Shown here piece by piece: positions 39,085 to 49,194 of a stretch of 64,000 nucleotides of DNA. The stretch is from an uncultured Desulfovibrionaceae bacterium (GTDB taxonomy: Bacteria > Desulfobacterota > Desulfovibrionia > Desulfovibrionales > Desulfovibrionaceae). How positions within the stretch are numbered: the stretch's first letter is position 1; each line of letters begins with the position of its first letter. The DNA is taken from positions 355 to 64,354 of the forward strand of contig CALUZP010000065.1 of NCBI GenBank assembly GCA_944325325.1. Direction: 5' to 3'. The notes beneath the pieces were generated by a model. The model saw nothing but the letters and a program-made list of their open reading frames with translations. It was not told the origin of the DNA and ran no database searches. Made by a program: the position numbers and the translations under genes.

Positions 39085-39098
39085 GGCGGTTCTCCAGG

Positions 39099-39593
39099 TT
39101 ATTCAAAGACGGTGGTTTTCGGGAGGGGCTGCAGGCCAAGCTTGCCCTTGACGACCTCAAGTGCGAGCACGACTCCGTCGATGATGGCTTCGGGCTTGGC
39201 GGCACAGCCGGGGATATAGACGTCGACGGGGATGATCTGGTCGACGCCGCCAACGACGTTGTAGCAGTCCTGGAACACGCCGCCGGAGCAGGCACAGGTG
39301 CCCACGGCAATGACGGCCTTGGGATCGGGCATCTGATCGTAGATGTTGCGCAGCACGGCCTTGTTGCGGTGGTTGACCGTGCCGGTGACCAGCAGTACGT
39401 CGGCGTGCTTGGGATCGCCGATGTTCAGGATGCCGAAGCGTTCGAGGTCGAACACCGGCGTCAGGCAGGCCAGGACTTCGATGTCGCAGCCGTTGCAGGA
39501 GCCGCAGTCGTAGTGGATGACCCAGGGCGACTTGACGCGCCCCTTGTTGATGTAGCCGCCCAGGGCTTCGGTCAGCTTTTTTGCGATATCCAT
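39099..39593 (-). CDS. echC: Ech hydrogenase small subunit (NuoB-like)
   Basis: ORF trimmed to MDIAKKLTEALGGYINKG at 39593. Has CGSCNGCDIE, a GTCACSGG cluster and PGCAAKPE, as in NuoB/HycG. Confidence 0.9.
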   Translation of the reverse strand: MDIAKKLTEALGGYINKGRVKSPWVIHYDCGSCNGCDIEVLACLTPVFDLERFGILNIGDPKHADVLLVTGTVNHRNKAVLRNIYDQMPDPKAVIAVGTCACSGGVFQDCYNVVGGVDQIIPVDVYIPGCAAKPEAIIDGVVLALEVVKGKLGLQPLPKTTVFE

Positions 39594-39604
39594 AAGGCAA
39601 ACTC

Positions 39605-40453
39605 CTAACGGACGTAGAACCAAAGGATGTTGAAGACCGCCAGGGCCAGCGTGGGCCCGAAGGCGTTTTTCAGCATCCATTGCCACGTCATGCGCGCGGT
39701 GATGTTGTCCACAAGAATTTCTGCCAGATAGGTTATCACCAGCAGGATGACCATGCCCACGAACGACGTGTGCCAGAACAGCGCGCAAAGGCCGAGGATC
39801 AGGATGGTGTCGAGCCAGTGGGAAAGTTCAAGCAGCGCCAGCTGCGGGCCGCTGTACTCGGTCAGCACGCCTCTGACGATTTCCTGATGTCCGTGGTGGC
39901 AGGCCGAGATATCAAAGGGCGACTTGCCCAGTTTGATGGTCAGGGCATAGCCCAGCGCGAGATACAGGAAGGGCAGCTGCAGCAGCAGCGGTGTTTCGAC
40001 CGCATACACGTCGGCCACCATGAAGCTGCCTGTCACGGAGGCAATGCCCACAAACACCAGCGTGATCAGCGGCTCGTAGGCGAGCATCTGCAGCAGTTCG
40101 CGCTGGGCGCCCACATTGCTGTAGGGCGAGGGGATGCTCAGCGCGCCGGCCACCTTGAACACGGCGCTGATGGTCATGACGAAGAAAAGCAGCAGCAGGT
40201 CGCCCTGCATGTAGAACAGGAACAGTGCCAGCGCCGAGGCGGTCACGCACACGAACGAGCAGAAGACCAGCCAGGGGTTGCTCACACAGGGGGATTTGCC
40301 GCACAGTTTCAGCACGTCATAGAAGGGCTGGAGCAGCGGCGGGCCCATACGGGACTGCAAACGGGCGGTGAGCTTTCTGTCAAGGCCGGCAAGCAGGCCG
40401 CCGGCCGGGACGGACAGCGCGAGCGCCACAAGGGCAAACAGGAACTTGAGCAT
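39605..40453 (-). CDS. echB: Ech hydrogenase membrane subunit B (NuoH-like)
   Basis: 282-aa polytopic protein with the NuoH/HycD-like motif LDRKLTARLQSRMGPP. Confidence 0.88.
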   Translation of the reverse strand: MLKFLFALVALALSVPAGGLLAGLDRKLTARLQSRMGPPLLQPFYDVLKLCGKSPCVSNPWLVFCSFVCVTASALALFLFYMQGDLLLLFFVMTISAVFKVAGALSIPSPYSNVGAQRELLQMLAYEPLITLVFVGIASVTGSFMVADVYAVETPLLLQLPFLYLALGYALTIKLGKSPFDISACHHGHQEIVRGVLTEYSGPQLALLELSHWLDTILILGLCALFWHTSFVGMVILLVITYLAEILVDNITARMTWQWMLKNAFGPTLALAVFNILWFYVR

Positions 40454-42405
40454 CAGATCAGACCTCCCAGCATGAGCGTCAGCAGGACCAGCGCAATGGT
40501 GTTGCAGGTTCGCGTAAGCGTTGCTTCACCAAACCATTCGGCCAGGTAGTAGTTGGACAGGGTGGGCTGGACAAGGCTGCTCATCGGGCCGTTGAAGCCG
40601 ATTTTTTCGCCTTCGACCATCTGAATGCCTGACAGGTAGGGCAGGCAGGGAGCGCTGCCGTCTGCCGTGCTGGCCGCCTTGCGCGCAGCGCGTATGGCAA
40701 GCCAGACGCCTGCACCCAGCAGGATGAATATCGGATAGACCGCAAACAGGCCGATGCCGTTGTCAAACAGACCCCAGCTGACTGTATAGAGCCCGCGCAG
40801 GCCAAACTGTGCAGCGATGTTGGGGCCCAGCCCGGCATACACAAACGGCGAGAGCAGCGAAAGAACAACCGCAGCCAGCGCCAGCGCCGACAGCGCAAAG
40901 CGGACGGTGTCTTCCTGGATTTCGGTGGAAGGGGCCTTCCGGGCCAGCGGGTTGACGCCCAGGATAAGGCCGGCCCAGCGTGCCCAGAACAGGACTGTCA
41001 GCGCGCTGCCAAAGGCAATCAGCACCACAAACACAGGCATGAAGATCGAACTTGCCGCCGCCGCTTCGATGGCCATCCACTTGGCAAGCAGTGCACCGAA
41101 CGGGGGCAGCATCAGGGTCACGATGCCGATGAGGGTGATGACCGCCGTGCGCGGCATAATCTGGTAGAGTCCTCGCATGTCTTCAATGTCGCGCGAACCG
41201 ATATGCTGTTCGATGCTGCCCACGCAAAGGAACATGAGGCCCTTGGAAATAGCGTGGAATATCAGCAGCAGCGTGGCGGCCGTGATGGCGGCCGGGGTGC
41301 CGATGCCGGCGCAGCCGATGATCAGGCCGAGGTTGGCAATGGTGGAGTAGGCAAGAATTTTTTTGCCGTTGCTCTGGCCGACGGCCAGGGCCGAGGTGGC
41401 CACAAAGGTGAACAGGCCGGCCAGTGCAATCATGGGGGAGAGCATGGTGCCTACATACGCCGGGGCCAGGCGGAGCACGAGATAGACGCCGGCCTTGACC
41501 ATCGTGGAGGAGTGCAGCAGGGCCGATACGGGCGTGGGGGCCACCATGGCGCCGCACAGCCAGCTCTGGAAGGGCAGCTGAGCGGATTTGGTGAACCCGG
41601 CAAGACAGAGCAGGGCCAGCGGCAGCAACGGTGCGCCAGCCTGCACGGCCGGATTCGTGCCCATGGCCAGAAGCTGGCTGATCGACAGCGTGCCTACCGT
41701 GCTCTGCAGGAACAGCATGGCCGCCATGAAGGCAACGCCGCCAAGCAGATTCATCCACAGGGCGCGCATGGCGTTGGTTCGTGCGATGGGTGTCTGATCA
41801 TGGCCGATCAGCAGGAACGAGCAGAGCGTGGTCACTTCCCAGAAGAAGAACATCCAGGCGAGGCTGTCGGCCAGAACAAGGCCGTTCATGGCTCCGAGGA
41901 ACAGCAGCAGCACGAAGAAGAAGCGTGGCTGGCGCGTCCTGGCCAGGCGCAGGTGTTCTTCATGCTCCTTCATGTAGCCGATGGCGTAGATGCAGATGGC
42001 GCCCCCCACAAGGGAGACGATGAGCACCATGGCAATGGAAAGCGTGTCGGCAATGAAGGCCGCAGGCGCGTGGCCGTCCAGCAGGCCAAAGTCAAGGAAA
42101 ACAAGTCCGGCCAGCTGGGCCAGGGCAAAGGCCAGCCCCAGCTTGTGCCGCCGCGAGATGACAATGGACAGGATGATCAGCAGTAGAACGAAGTCCAGCA
42201 GGGTGATCAGGCTGCCAAGCATGCTGGTTGCCGGGATGGGCAGTGCAAAACTGCCGTACAGCGCAAGTCCCACGGCAGACAGTGCCGTCAGCCCCACCCC
42301 GCCGAAAACGATTTTGTTGCGCAACGCCTCGTTCGTACAGACCAGGGTGACCAGTGCGGCAAACACCGGGAGCACAATACAACCCCAAAGCAGAATGTGT
42401 AGCAT
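40453..42405 (-). CDS. echA: Ech hydrogenase membrane subunit A (NuoL/Mrp antiporter-like)
   Basis: ORF trimmed to MLHILLWGCIVLPVF at 42405. About 650-aa polytopic protein of proton-pumping antiporter-like subunit architecture. Confidence 0.88.
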   Translation of the reverse strand: MLHILLWGCIVLPVFAALVTLVCTNEALRNKIVFGGVGLTALSAVGLALYGSFALPIPATSMLGSLITLLDFVLLLIILSIVISRRHKLGLAFALAQLAGLVFLDFGLLDGHAPAAFIADTLSIAMVLIVSLVGGAICIYAIGYMKEHEEHLRLARTRQPRFFFVLLLFLGAMNGLVLADSLAWMFFFWEVTTLCSFLLIGHDQTPIARTNAMRALWMNLLGGVAFMAAMLFLQSTVGTLSISQLLAMGTNPAVQAGAPLLPLALLCLAGFTKSAQLPFQSWLCGAMVAPTPVSALLHSSTMVKAGVYLVLRLAPAYVGTMLSPMIALAGLFTFVATSALAVGQSNGKKILAYSTIANLGLIIGCAGIGTPAAITAATLLLIFHAISKGLMFLCVGSIEQHIGSRDIEDMRGLYQIMPRTAVITLIGIVTLMLPPFGALLAKWMAIEAAAASSIFMPVFVVLIAFGSALTVLFWARWAGLILGVNPLARKAPSTEIQEDTVRFALSALALAAVVLSLLSPFVYAGLGPNIAAQFGLRGLYTVSWGLFDNGIGLFAVYPIFILLGAGVWLAIRAARKAASTADGSAPCLPYLSGIQMVEGEKIGFNGPMSSLVQPTLSNYYLAEWFGEATLTRTCNTIALVLLTLMLGGLI

Positions 42406-42571
42406 GTAAACCTCGCTTTGCAGACGGGAGCGGGTGGGCCATTCCTTGCGGTTCACACTGAAAACGCGTCGGTTTTGTTAGCATTCATACCGACTCCGCT
42501 TTACTTGACATGGCGGATTCTACAAGGAAGGTCAATAGATTTTTCAATGGCGGGCATGTATCCCGTGCTAT

Positions 42572-42587
42572 TGAGAATTCTTTCACA
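42572..42587. promoter_or_regulatory. Rex- or CRP/FNR-type inverted repeat upstream of echA
   Basis: TGAGAA-TTCT-TTCACA matches TGTGAA-N4-TTCACA (Rex operator) at 11 of 12 half-site positions. It also fits TGTGA-N6-TCACA with one mismatch. About 170 nt upstream of the echA ATG. Confidence 0.35.
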
Positions 42588-43617
42588 CTGCGTTTGCCAT
42601 ACAGAATGTCTGCCTGAATGGCGCGGGAAGCCCTTTTTTGTGCCGGGACAGGAAATACAGCAAAGGGGATCCTATACTATTTTGCATAATAACAAATTGA
42701 AATAAAATAATAAAGAGGTAAATTTCATCTAGCCAGCTTGTGATAGAGCTGCGTAATTACGGAACAAAATGCGTGCATGACTCTTGCATGGGAGCAGACC
42801 GGCCGGCCGGCGGCGTGGCTGGTGCCGGTGGTGCTGCGGTTCTGAATGGCTGGTCTGTACCGGGCAGCCGTTGCCAGGATCCTTCTTTTGCACATCGGAG
42901 TAAGAGCAGACTTGTGACACAGGGCTGCAATGCGGGATGCAGTCTGCATGCCCACAGGGAACGGCCGGGCAGGATTCTGGTGACCGCCTGCGCCGGGCCT
43001 GACGTGGTTGAATGGTACGGCGTTGTGCAGGCACGATGTCTGGAGCCGGTGTTGCAGGATCGGCGGTCAACCCGGGGTGCCGCACAAGCCGTCTGCTTTG
43101 TCCCCGGACGCCTGCCGGGTTCTCCCTGGGCCGGCAGGCAAGTATCGTCTGATGATTCCGGCGGCAGTCAGCGGCAACGGGCCGGATGCTGTCTGGAGGG
43201 GCGGCCGGGATGGTCGTACACAGGGGGCAGGGTCTGGGCCGGCTTCAGGGAGGGCCGGTTTTGCGCAGAGCGTCAGGGCGTTACGAGGCGGCTCGGGTGG
43301 CGCGGCCGGACGGACAGAGAGAAGACCGTGCGGAGGCAGCGTTGCCACATCAGGCAGATCCAGGGGGCGGCTGCGCATTTTGTCAAGTGTATGCCGGCTG
43401 CCAGGGGCATTGCGCGTGCCACCGCATGGGGCTGTTTGGAAACAGAGCGCTGCTCTCTGTGCAGTGGGCATGCGACAGCCGCTGCACAGGGCCGGAGCAG
43501 GGAAGGAGCGGGCGAGGGGGTGGAGGAAGGGGGGAAGCCCCCAGGGCCCATGCAGCGTGCCGGTTCTCTTCTGGCGGGCAACACATCGAAAGTGCCGGCG
43601 CAGGCGGAAGGGCGGTG

Positions 43618-44211
43618 TCAGGCCTGGTCTGTGTGGGCGTTGGCCAGGCGGGTCGCTTCGGCGATGTCGCCGCGGGCGAAGGCCAGCACGCAGTTCAGTG
43701 CGTCGGGGAACAGGCGTTCTATGGCCTGGCGATCCTGCGGCGCGGGGCGTCCCAGCACCCAGCTGACGGTATCGCCGCCCTGGGGGCGGCCGATGCCTAT
43801 CCGCAGGCGGGCAAAATCGGGCGTGCCCAGGCGCTGGGTGATGGACTTCAGACCGTTGTGCCCGGCATTGCCGCCGCCGCGTTTGAATTTCATACGGCCG
43901 GGAGGCAGATCGAGTTCGTCGTGGATGACCAGGATATGCTCAGGGGTGATGCGGTGCCAGGCAGCGAGGGGCTGCACGCAGTCGCCGGACAGGTTCATGA
44001 AGGTTTGCGGCTTGGCCAGCAGCCAGTCGCCGTCAAGATTCTTGAAGCGGCCCCGCCACAGAAGGCATTGAAAGCGGCTGCCGGACTGTCCGCTGACGGA
44101 TTCCATGGCGCGCATCAGTTCGTCGATGCAGAAAAAGCCCATGTTGTGACGGGTGCCCTCGTACGAGGGGCCCGGATTGCCAAGACCGACGATAAGACCA
44201 TTCAGAGCCAT
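43618..44211 (-). CDS. pth: peptidyl-tRNA hydrolase
   Basis: LIVGLGNPGPSYEGTRHNMGF and GGGNAGHNGLKSI motifs. Confidence 0.95.
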   Translation of the reverse strand: MALNGLIVGLGNPGPSYEGTRHNMGFFCIDELMRAMESVSGQSGSRFQCLLWRGRFKNLDGDWLLAKPQTFMNLSGDCVQPLAAWHRITPEHILVIHDELDLPPGRMKFKRGGGNAGHNGLKSITQRLGTPDFARLRIGIGRPQGGDTVSWVLGRPAPQDRQAIERLFPDALNCVLAFARGDIAEATRLANAHTDQA

Positions 44212-44429
44212 AGGCGCACCAGTAAGCTTTTGTCCAACGTCCAGTTGTATGTCTGTCAGTTCTGCCCTGCGGAGGCAGCCGCGCCGCAGGCAGTGCTGCC
44301 GGACGCCACGTCAGAGGTGTGTGTACAGGATGGCTGCACCTGCATCCAGGGGGACGGCGACCTTGCCCATAGTGGCTCTTGCGGGGTGTGTCCCCGCGCG
44401 GGCTTTCCAGATGCAGGGAGGGCCGTTAC

Positions 44430-44579
44430 TCCATGAGCATTTTCAGTTTGAACCGTGTTACGTTTCAAACCACACGGCCTGTTGTTCCGTGAAAAAACGC
44501 GGTTTTCCGCTCTGTTTGGGCCAGGCGGCGCTGTGTTGCCGCCGCGCGTTCTGTCTTTTTCAATGGCAAAACACTCATG
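44430..44579 (-). mobile_element. MITE-like element copy D (core 44434..44575, 142 bp) flanked by CATG/CATG
   Basis: Reverse-complement alignment to copy A. Lies inside the rplY-pth spacer and has a perfect 4-bp flanking direct repeat. Confidence 0.8.
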
Positions 44580-44742
44580 CTGCTTCTGGACTGGCATAAG
44601 AGGAAGCAGCCATTCCCTCCGGGCGTAACGCGTGTTCCCGCAGGATTCAGGAACGCCGTGGCAACGGGCTCTGCGGAGGGCAGAGACGGCAAAGGCGCCG
44701 GCCGGAGCCGGCGCCCTTGCAACAGAGACGGAATGCACCTGC

Positions 44743-45324
44743 CTATTCGGCTGCGGCATCGGTATCGCTGCTCGGCGGCAGGACCGACACGATGGCGTAG
44801 TTCACATCGTAGGAGGCCTGGACGCCTTCGGGCAGCTTCAGGTCGGCCACCTGGATAGTGTCATTGATGTCCATGTCGGAGAGGTCGACGACAACCTTTG
44901 CGGGCATGTCGAGCGGCTTGGCCATGAGCAGGACGCGTTCGCGGTAGGTTTCAAGCACACCGCCGACCTTGGTGCCGCGCGCAACACCGGTGAATTCCAG
45001 AGGCACGACGACCTTGACGGGCCGGTCAAGATCCACGCCGTAGAAGTCGACATGGGTGAAGGTGTTCTTGCAGGGGTCGCGCATGGCGTCCCAGAACAGC
45101 ACGGGATGGCTGCCGTCGCCCTTGATGTCGATATTGAACACGGTGGTGCGGCCCACCTGTTCAAAGATCTTGTTCAGATCCTTCAGGCTGACCTGGAGCG
45201 CGATGTTTTCGCCGGAACGGGAATAGAACACAGCGGGGATGAGACCCTGCGCACGCAGACGGCGGTTGTAGCCCTTGCCAAGATTTTCGCGCTTCTGGGC
45301 GGAAAGAGTTTTGAATTCGGCCAT
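44743..45324 (-). CDS. rplY: 50S ribosomal protein L25 / general stress protein Ctc
   Basis: 193 aa. LSAQKRENLGKGYNRRLRAQGLIPAVFY start, two-domain Ctc form with an acidic C-terminus. Confidence 0.92.
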   Translation of the reverse strand: MAEFKTLSAQKRENLGKGYNRRLRAQGLIPAVFYSRSGENIALQVSLKDLNKIFEQVGRTTVFNIDIKGDGSHPVLFWDAMRDPCKNTFTHVDFYGVDLDRPVKVVVPLEFTGVARGTKVGGVLETYRERVLLMAKPLDMPAKVVVDLSDMDINDTIQVADLKLPEGVQASYDVNYAIVSVLPPSSDTDAAAE

Positions 45325-45444
45325 GGTGATGGTTCTCCTTGGATTGTGCGACCGCGGGACATATACCGCGATCCTGTCAGGTCGGTATCTGCCAGAAATG
45401 TTGTCGGCGCTGCCGTGGCGGCCTGCGGCAGCGCCGGGGGAAAC

Positions 45445-46380
45445 CTAGAACAGGGCGCTGACCGAAGATCCGATGTGGATGTTGTGGATGGTTTTGGCAA
45501 GCAGGCTTGCGATGGAAACCACCTGGATCTTGGGACAGGCGCTGAGCTTTTCCGGTGAGCTGATGGTGTCTGTCAGGATGATGCTCTTGAAGACCGAGGC
45601 GTTGATGCGGTCGATGGCCGGGCCGGAAAGCACGCCGTGGCTGGCGCAGGCGTACACTTCACGCGCGCCTTCGGCCTGCAGGACCTGGGCGGCTGCGGTG
45701 ATGGTGCCGGCGGTATCGATGATGTCGTCGACGAGTACGGCGATTTTGCCATCCACGTCGCCGATGACATGGGTGGCACTGGCCTGGTTGGGACGGTCGC
45801 GTCGCTTGTCGATGATGGCGAGCGGAGCTTCGATGAGTTTGGCGTAGGCGCGGGCACGTTCCACACCACCGGCGTCGGGCGAAACCACCACGATGTCGTG
45901 GCGCATGTCGATGAGCGGTTCAAGCAGAACGCGGGAAGCAAACAGATTGTCCACAGGGCAGTTGAAGAAGCCCTGGATCTGTCCGGCGTGCAGGTCGACC
46001 GTCACCACCCGGTGGGCGCCGGCCATGCCGATGAAGTCGGCGGTGAGCTTGGCGCTGATGGGCGCGCGGGGGCTGACCTTGCGGTCCTGGCGGGCATAGC
46101 CGTAGTAGGGAATGATGGCGCTAATTCTGCCGGCGCTGGCGCGCTTGAGGGCATCGAGCAGCAGGCAGAGCTGCATGAAGTTGTCGTTGACGGGCGCACA
46201 GGTCGACTGGACGACAAAGACGTCGTCGCCGCGCACGCTGTTGCCGATTTCGATGCGGACTTCCCCGTCACTGAACTTGTCGCACAGCACTGGTGTCAGC
46301 TGGCAGCCCAGATGTTCACAGATGGCTTTGGCCAGCGGCTCGTTGGACGTCCCGGACAGAATTTTCAGATCGCCGTACAT
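45445..46380 (-). CDS. prs: ribose-phosphate pyrophosphokinase
   Basis: 311 aa. Has YYGYARQDRK and VLVDDIIDTAGT (PRPP-binding loop). Confidence 0.96.
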   Translation of the reverse strand: MYGDLKILSGTSNEPLAKAICEHLGCQLTPVLCDKFSDGEVRIEIGNSVRGDDVFVVQSTCAPVNDNFMQLCLLLDALKRASAGRISAIIPYYGYARQDRKVSPRAPISAKLTADFIGMAGAHRVVTVDLHAGQIQGFFNCPVDNLFASRVLLEPLIDMRHDIVVVSPDAGGVERARAYAKLIEAPLAIIDKRRDRPNQASATHVIGDVDGKIAVLVDDIIDTAGTITAAAQVLQAEGAREVYACASHGVLSGPAIDRINASVFKSIILTDTISSPEKLSACPKIQVVSIASLLAKTIHNIHIGSSVSALF

Positions 46381-46806
46381 ACGTTTTGCCCCGATGTGTG
46401 TGTTCCCTGGAAACTGTCCTCAAGGGGCGGGATACCCTTGGGCAAGGCGCCAAGGCGCCGGACTGGCGGATTCGGAGGCCCCTGTGGCTTCCGACATCCA
46501 AAGAACAGCGCCAGGCGGCGGCCGTTGGACTGTCTGTCCGCCAAGGCTCACTGACAGCGCGCTGTAAAAAAGCGGCGTTGATGCGGGGCCCTTGCGTACA
46601 GACGCGGGAGAGGGTGCCTGTCAGCCAGGAGCCGCCCTGCAGGAGCACGCCGTGCCCATCGCCATCATTACAGGCGGGGCCTGGGCCTTTTGCATGCCGC
46701 AGCCCGGGATTCACAGCCTTGTTTGCAGCTGTTGAAGACACGCAAAACCGGCATGCCACCACGGGAAATGGCGCAAGCCGGGATACACTGTGAAAGCCGG
46801 GAAAAC

Positions 46807-46882
46807 TGGCTGGGGCGGAAGGACTCGAACCCTCGAATGACGGGACCAAAACCCGTTGCCTTACCTGCTTGGCGACACCCCA
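46807..46882 (-). tRNA. tRNA-Gln (anticodon UUG), CCA encoded
   Basis: Reverse complement is TGGGGTGTCGCCAAGCAGGTAAGGCAACGGGTTTTGGTCCCGTCATTCGAGGGTTCGAGTCCTTCCGCCCCAGCCA. It folds as a cloverleaf with a 7-bp acceptor stem, anticodon loop TTTTGGT and T-loop TTCGAGT. Confidence 0.93.
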
Positions 46883-46905
46883 GCATGGATTTTTCCGGGA
46901 GAGGG

Positions 46906-47799
46906 TCACAGACTCTGGGCCAGCGCGCGCATCCCTTTGTCAGTCCACTGCCGGGCCAGGTCATGGCAGGCTGTGGCTGCTGAGGGGGGGAAGAGCCCGA
47001 AGAGTGCGGAACCGCTGCCGCTCATGGCAGCGCCTGCGGCGCCCTGTTTCAAAAGGGCCGCCTTGAGCCTCTCCAACTCCGGATGAGCCTTGAAAACGAC
47101 CGGTTCAAGATCGTTTGCAAGAACAGTCCGATCGCGAGATAAACTCGCTCCAAGTGTCCGGAAAGCCAAATATCTATCGTCGGAGCAAACGCTTGTCAAG
47201 CGGTTTTCCGGCGCGGCGGCCTGCTGGCGGTCCCAGGCGCCGTAGGCCCAGGGAGTGGAGACATGCACGTCCGGACACAGCAGCAGCACGCTCCAGCCGG
47301 AGAGCGACGGGGCCAGTTCAGGCATGGGGGTGATGCGTTCGCCAATGCCCTGCACCCGGCAGGGGCAGGCGTGCAGGAAGAAGGGCACATCGGCCCCGAC
47401 TGCCGCCGCACAGGCCGCCAGTGTGGCGTCGGGCAGCGGCCGGGCCAGCCGGTTGTTGAGCCAGCGCAGCAGGGCTGCCGCGTCGGCCGAGCCGCCGCCA
47501 AGACCGGCGCCGGAGGGGACTCCCTTGACGAGCCTGACATCTGCCCCCGGTGCTTCGCCGGCCAGCGCGGCAAGGCGCGCGTGGGCGCGGGTCAGCGTGT
47601 TCTGCCCGGGATCAAGGGATGGATCGTCGCAGTGGACGATGAGGCGGCCGTCGGTGCGCGGCGTCAGGATGAGCTCGTCGTGCGGCTCTGCCAGAGGCCA
47701 GAACAGGGAATCGATGAGGTGCATGCCGTCGGGACGGACGCCGGTGATGCGCAGCCCGAGGTTGATCTTGCAGCCTGAGCGCAGGGTTTGGGAAGTCAT
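46906..47799 (-). CDS. ispE: 4-diphosphocytidyl-2-C-methyl-D-erythritol kinase
   Basis: KINLGLRITG start motif and GHMP kinase loop PSGAGLGGGSADAAA. Confidence 0.92.
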   Translation of the reverse strand: MTSQTLRSGCKINLGLRITGVRPDGMHLIDSLFWPLAEPHDELILTPRTDGRLIVHCDDPSLDPGQNTLTRAHARLAALAGEAPGADVRLVKGVPSGAGLGGGSADAAALLRWLNNRLARPLPDATLAACAAAVGADVPFFLHACPCRVQGIGERITPMPELAPSLSGWSVLLLCPDVHVSTPWAYGAWDRQQAAAPENRLTSVCSDDRYLAFRTLGASLSRDRTVLANDLEPVVFKAHPELERLKAALLKQGAAGAAMSGSGSALFGLFPPSAATACHDLARQWTDKGMRALAQSL

Positions 47800-48351
47800 G
47801 CTGTGTCTCCAGAACGCGGGGGGGCGCTACGGGTGGGATGGCGCGCCGCCGCAGGGCAGCGGGCTCCATGGGGCCTGTTTGTGCGCCGCCAGAGCGTGGC
47901 CAGGCGGACGAAGGGGGCGAGAGTTCCGGGGCCGCAGCCGGAAGTCTGCACCGTTCGTGTGCCCCGGCGGGCGGCCTGTTGTCACTGTCTTTTTTGAGGC
48001 TGAACAGAGCTCCTGTCAGGCCTGTGCGTCCTGGGCACAGGCAGCCTGCCGCATGCCGGCATGCGCCCGGCCGGCGTTCCGGGTTATGCAGGGCCGGGCA
48101 CACGGGGGAATGACCTTGCCGGGCGGTACACCGGCGACGTGTTTTTACCTCTTCCCGTGTCAGGTCAGGGAACGGCCTCAGCGAGCTGGCCGGACTCTTG
48201 AAAGGGTCCCTTCCAGGCCGCTCACAGATTTCGTGCACCGTGCAGCAGGCGGGGCCTGACAGAAACAGGCGCGCCTGAGCAGGGAGGGGCCTGTGCCCTT
48301 TGGCGGCCAGATTCTTGAGGCGGCCAAAGACCAGAGGCCCCACAGCGGGTG

Positions 48352-49194
48352 TCACTCTTTGGTTTCAGGCACTTCCGGCGGGAGCTTTTCGGCCAGCACC
48401 AGCCGGATCTGCTTGACATCCGCGTCCTTGATGGTGAAGCGCCAGTTGTCCAGGACAAAGCTTTCACCTGTCTGGGGCACATGGCCGGCTTCAAGGCAGA
48501 GGTAGCCGCCGATGGTGTCCACCTCTTCAGTTTCAAGGTGCAGGCCAAGCTTTTCGAGATCTTCCAGCCAGGCGCGGCCGGACAGCTCATAGCAGCCGTC
48601 GCCAATCTGGCGGATGTCTTCCTGTTTGGGAGTGTCGTGCTCGTCTTCGATGTCGCCGACGATTTCTTCAATCACATCTTCGATGGTCACCAGGCCGGAG
48701 GTCCCGCCGTATTCATCGACGGCGATGGCGATGTGATTTTTGCGCGTGCGGAATTCCTGGAGCAGCTGCACCACGATTTTGGTTTCCGGCACGAAGAAGG
48801 GGGGCCTCATGATGCTGTCTACGGGAGCGTTCTGGCGCTCCGGATCAAGCATGGCGCTCAAAAGATCCTTGGCGTAGGCAATACCGATGATGTTGTCGCG
48901 CGTTTCAGAATAGATGGGCAGCCGGGAATGGCCGGTTTCCACGATGTTGCGGGCGGTTTCCAGAATCGGGGTGCCCGAGGGCACACAGTCAAAATCCGTG
49001 CGGGGCGTCATGATGTCCTGCACCTGAAGTCCGTCCAGCTGGAGGATCCCGAGGATCATGGAGCCTTCCTCGGCTTCCAGCTCGCCATCGTCACGGGCTT
49101 CCATCACCGCATGTTCCAGGTCATCGCCGCCGTGGCGATGTCCGAACCAGTTTCGTAAACGCGACCAGACGGTATCATCCGTACTTCGGTCCAC
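48352..49194 (-). CDS. CBS-pair / CorC_HlyC domain protein (CorC/TlyC-like)
   Basis: ORF 48352..49515 trimmed to GTG 49194 (AAGGAG 6 nt upstream; [17 protein letters not shown]). Tandem CBS domains are followed by a transporter-associated domain. Confidence 0.82.
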   Translation of the reverse strand: MDRSTDDTVWSRLRNWFGHRHGGDDLEHAVMEARDDGELEAEEGSMILGILQLDGLQVQDIMTPRTDFDCVPSGTPILETARNIVETGHSRLPIYSETRDNIIGIAYAKDLLSAMLDPERQNAPVDSIMRPPFFVPETKIVVQLLQEFRTRKNHIAIAVDEYGGTSGLVTIEDVIEEIVGDIEDEHDTPKQEDIRQIGDGCYELSGRAWLEDLEKLGLHLETEEVDTIGGYLCLEAGHVPQTGESFVLDNWRFTIKDADVKQIRLVLAEKLPPEVPETKE

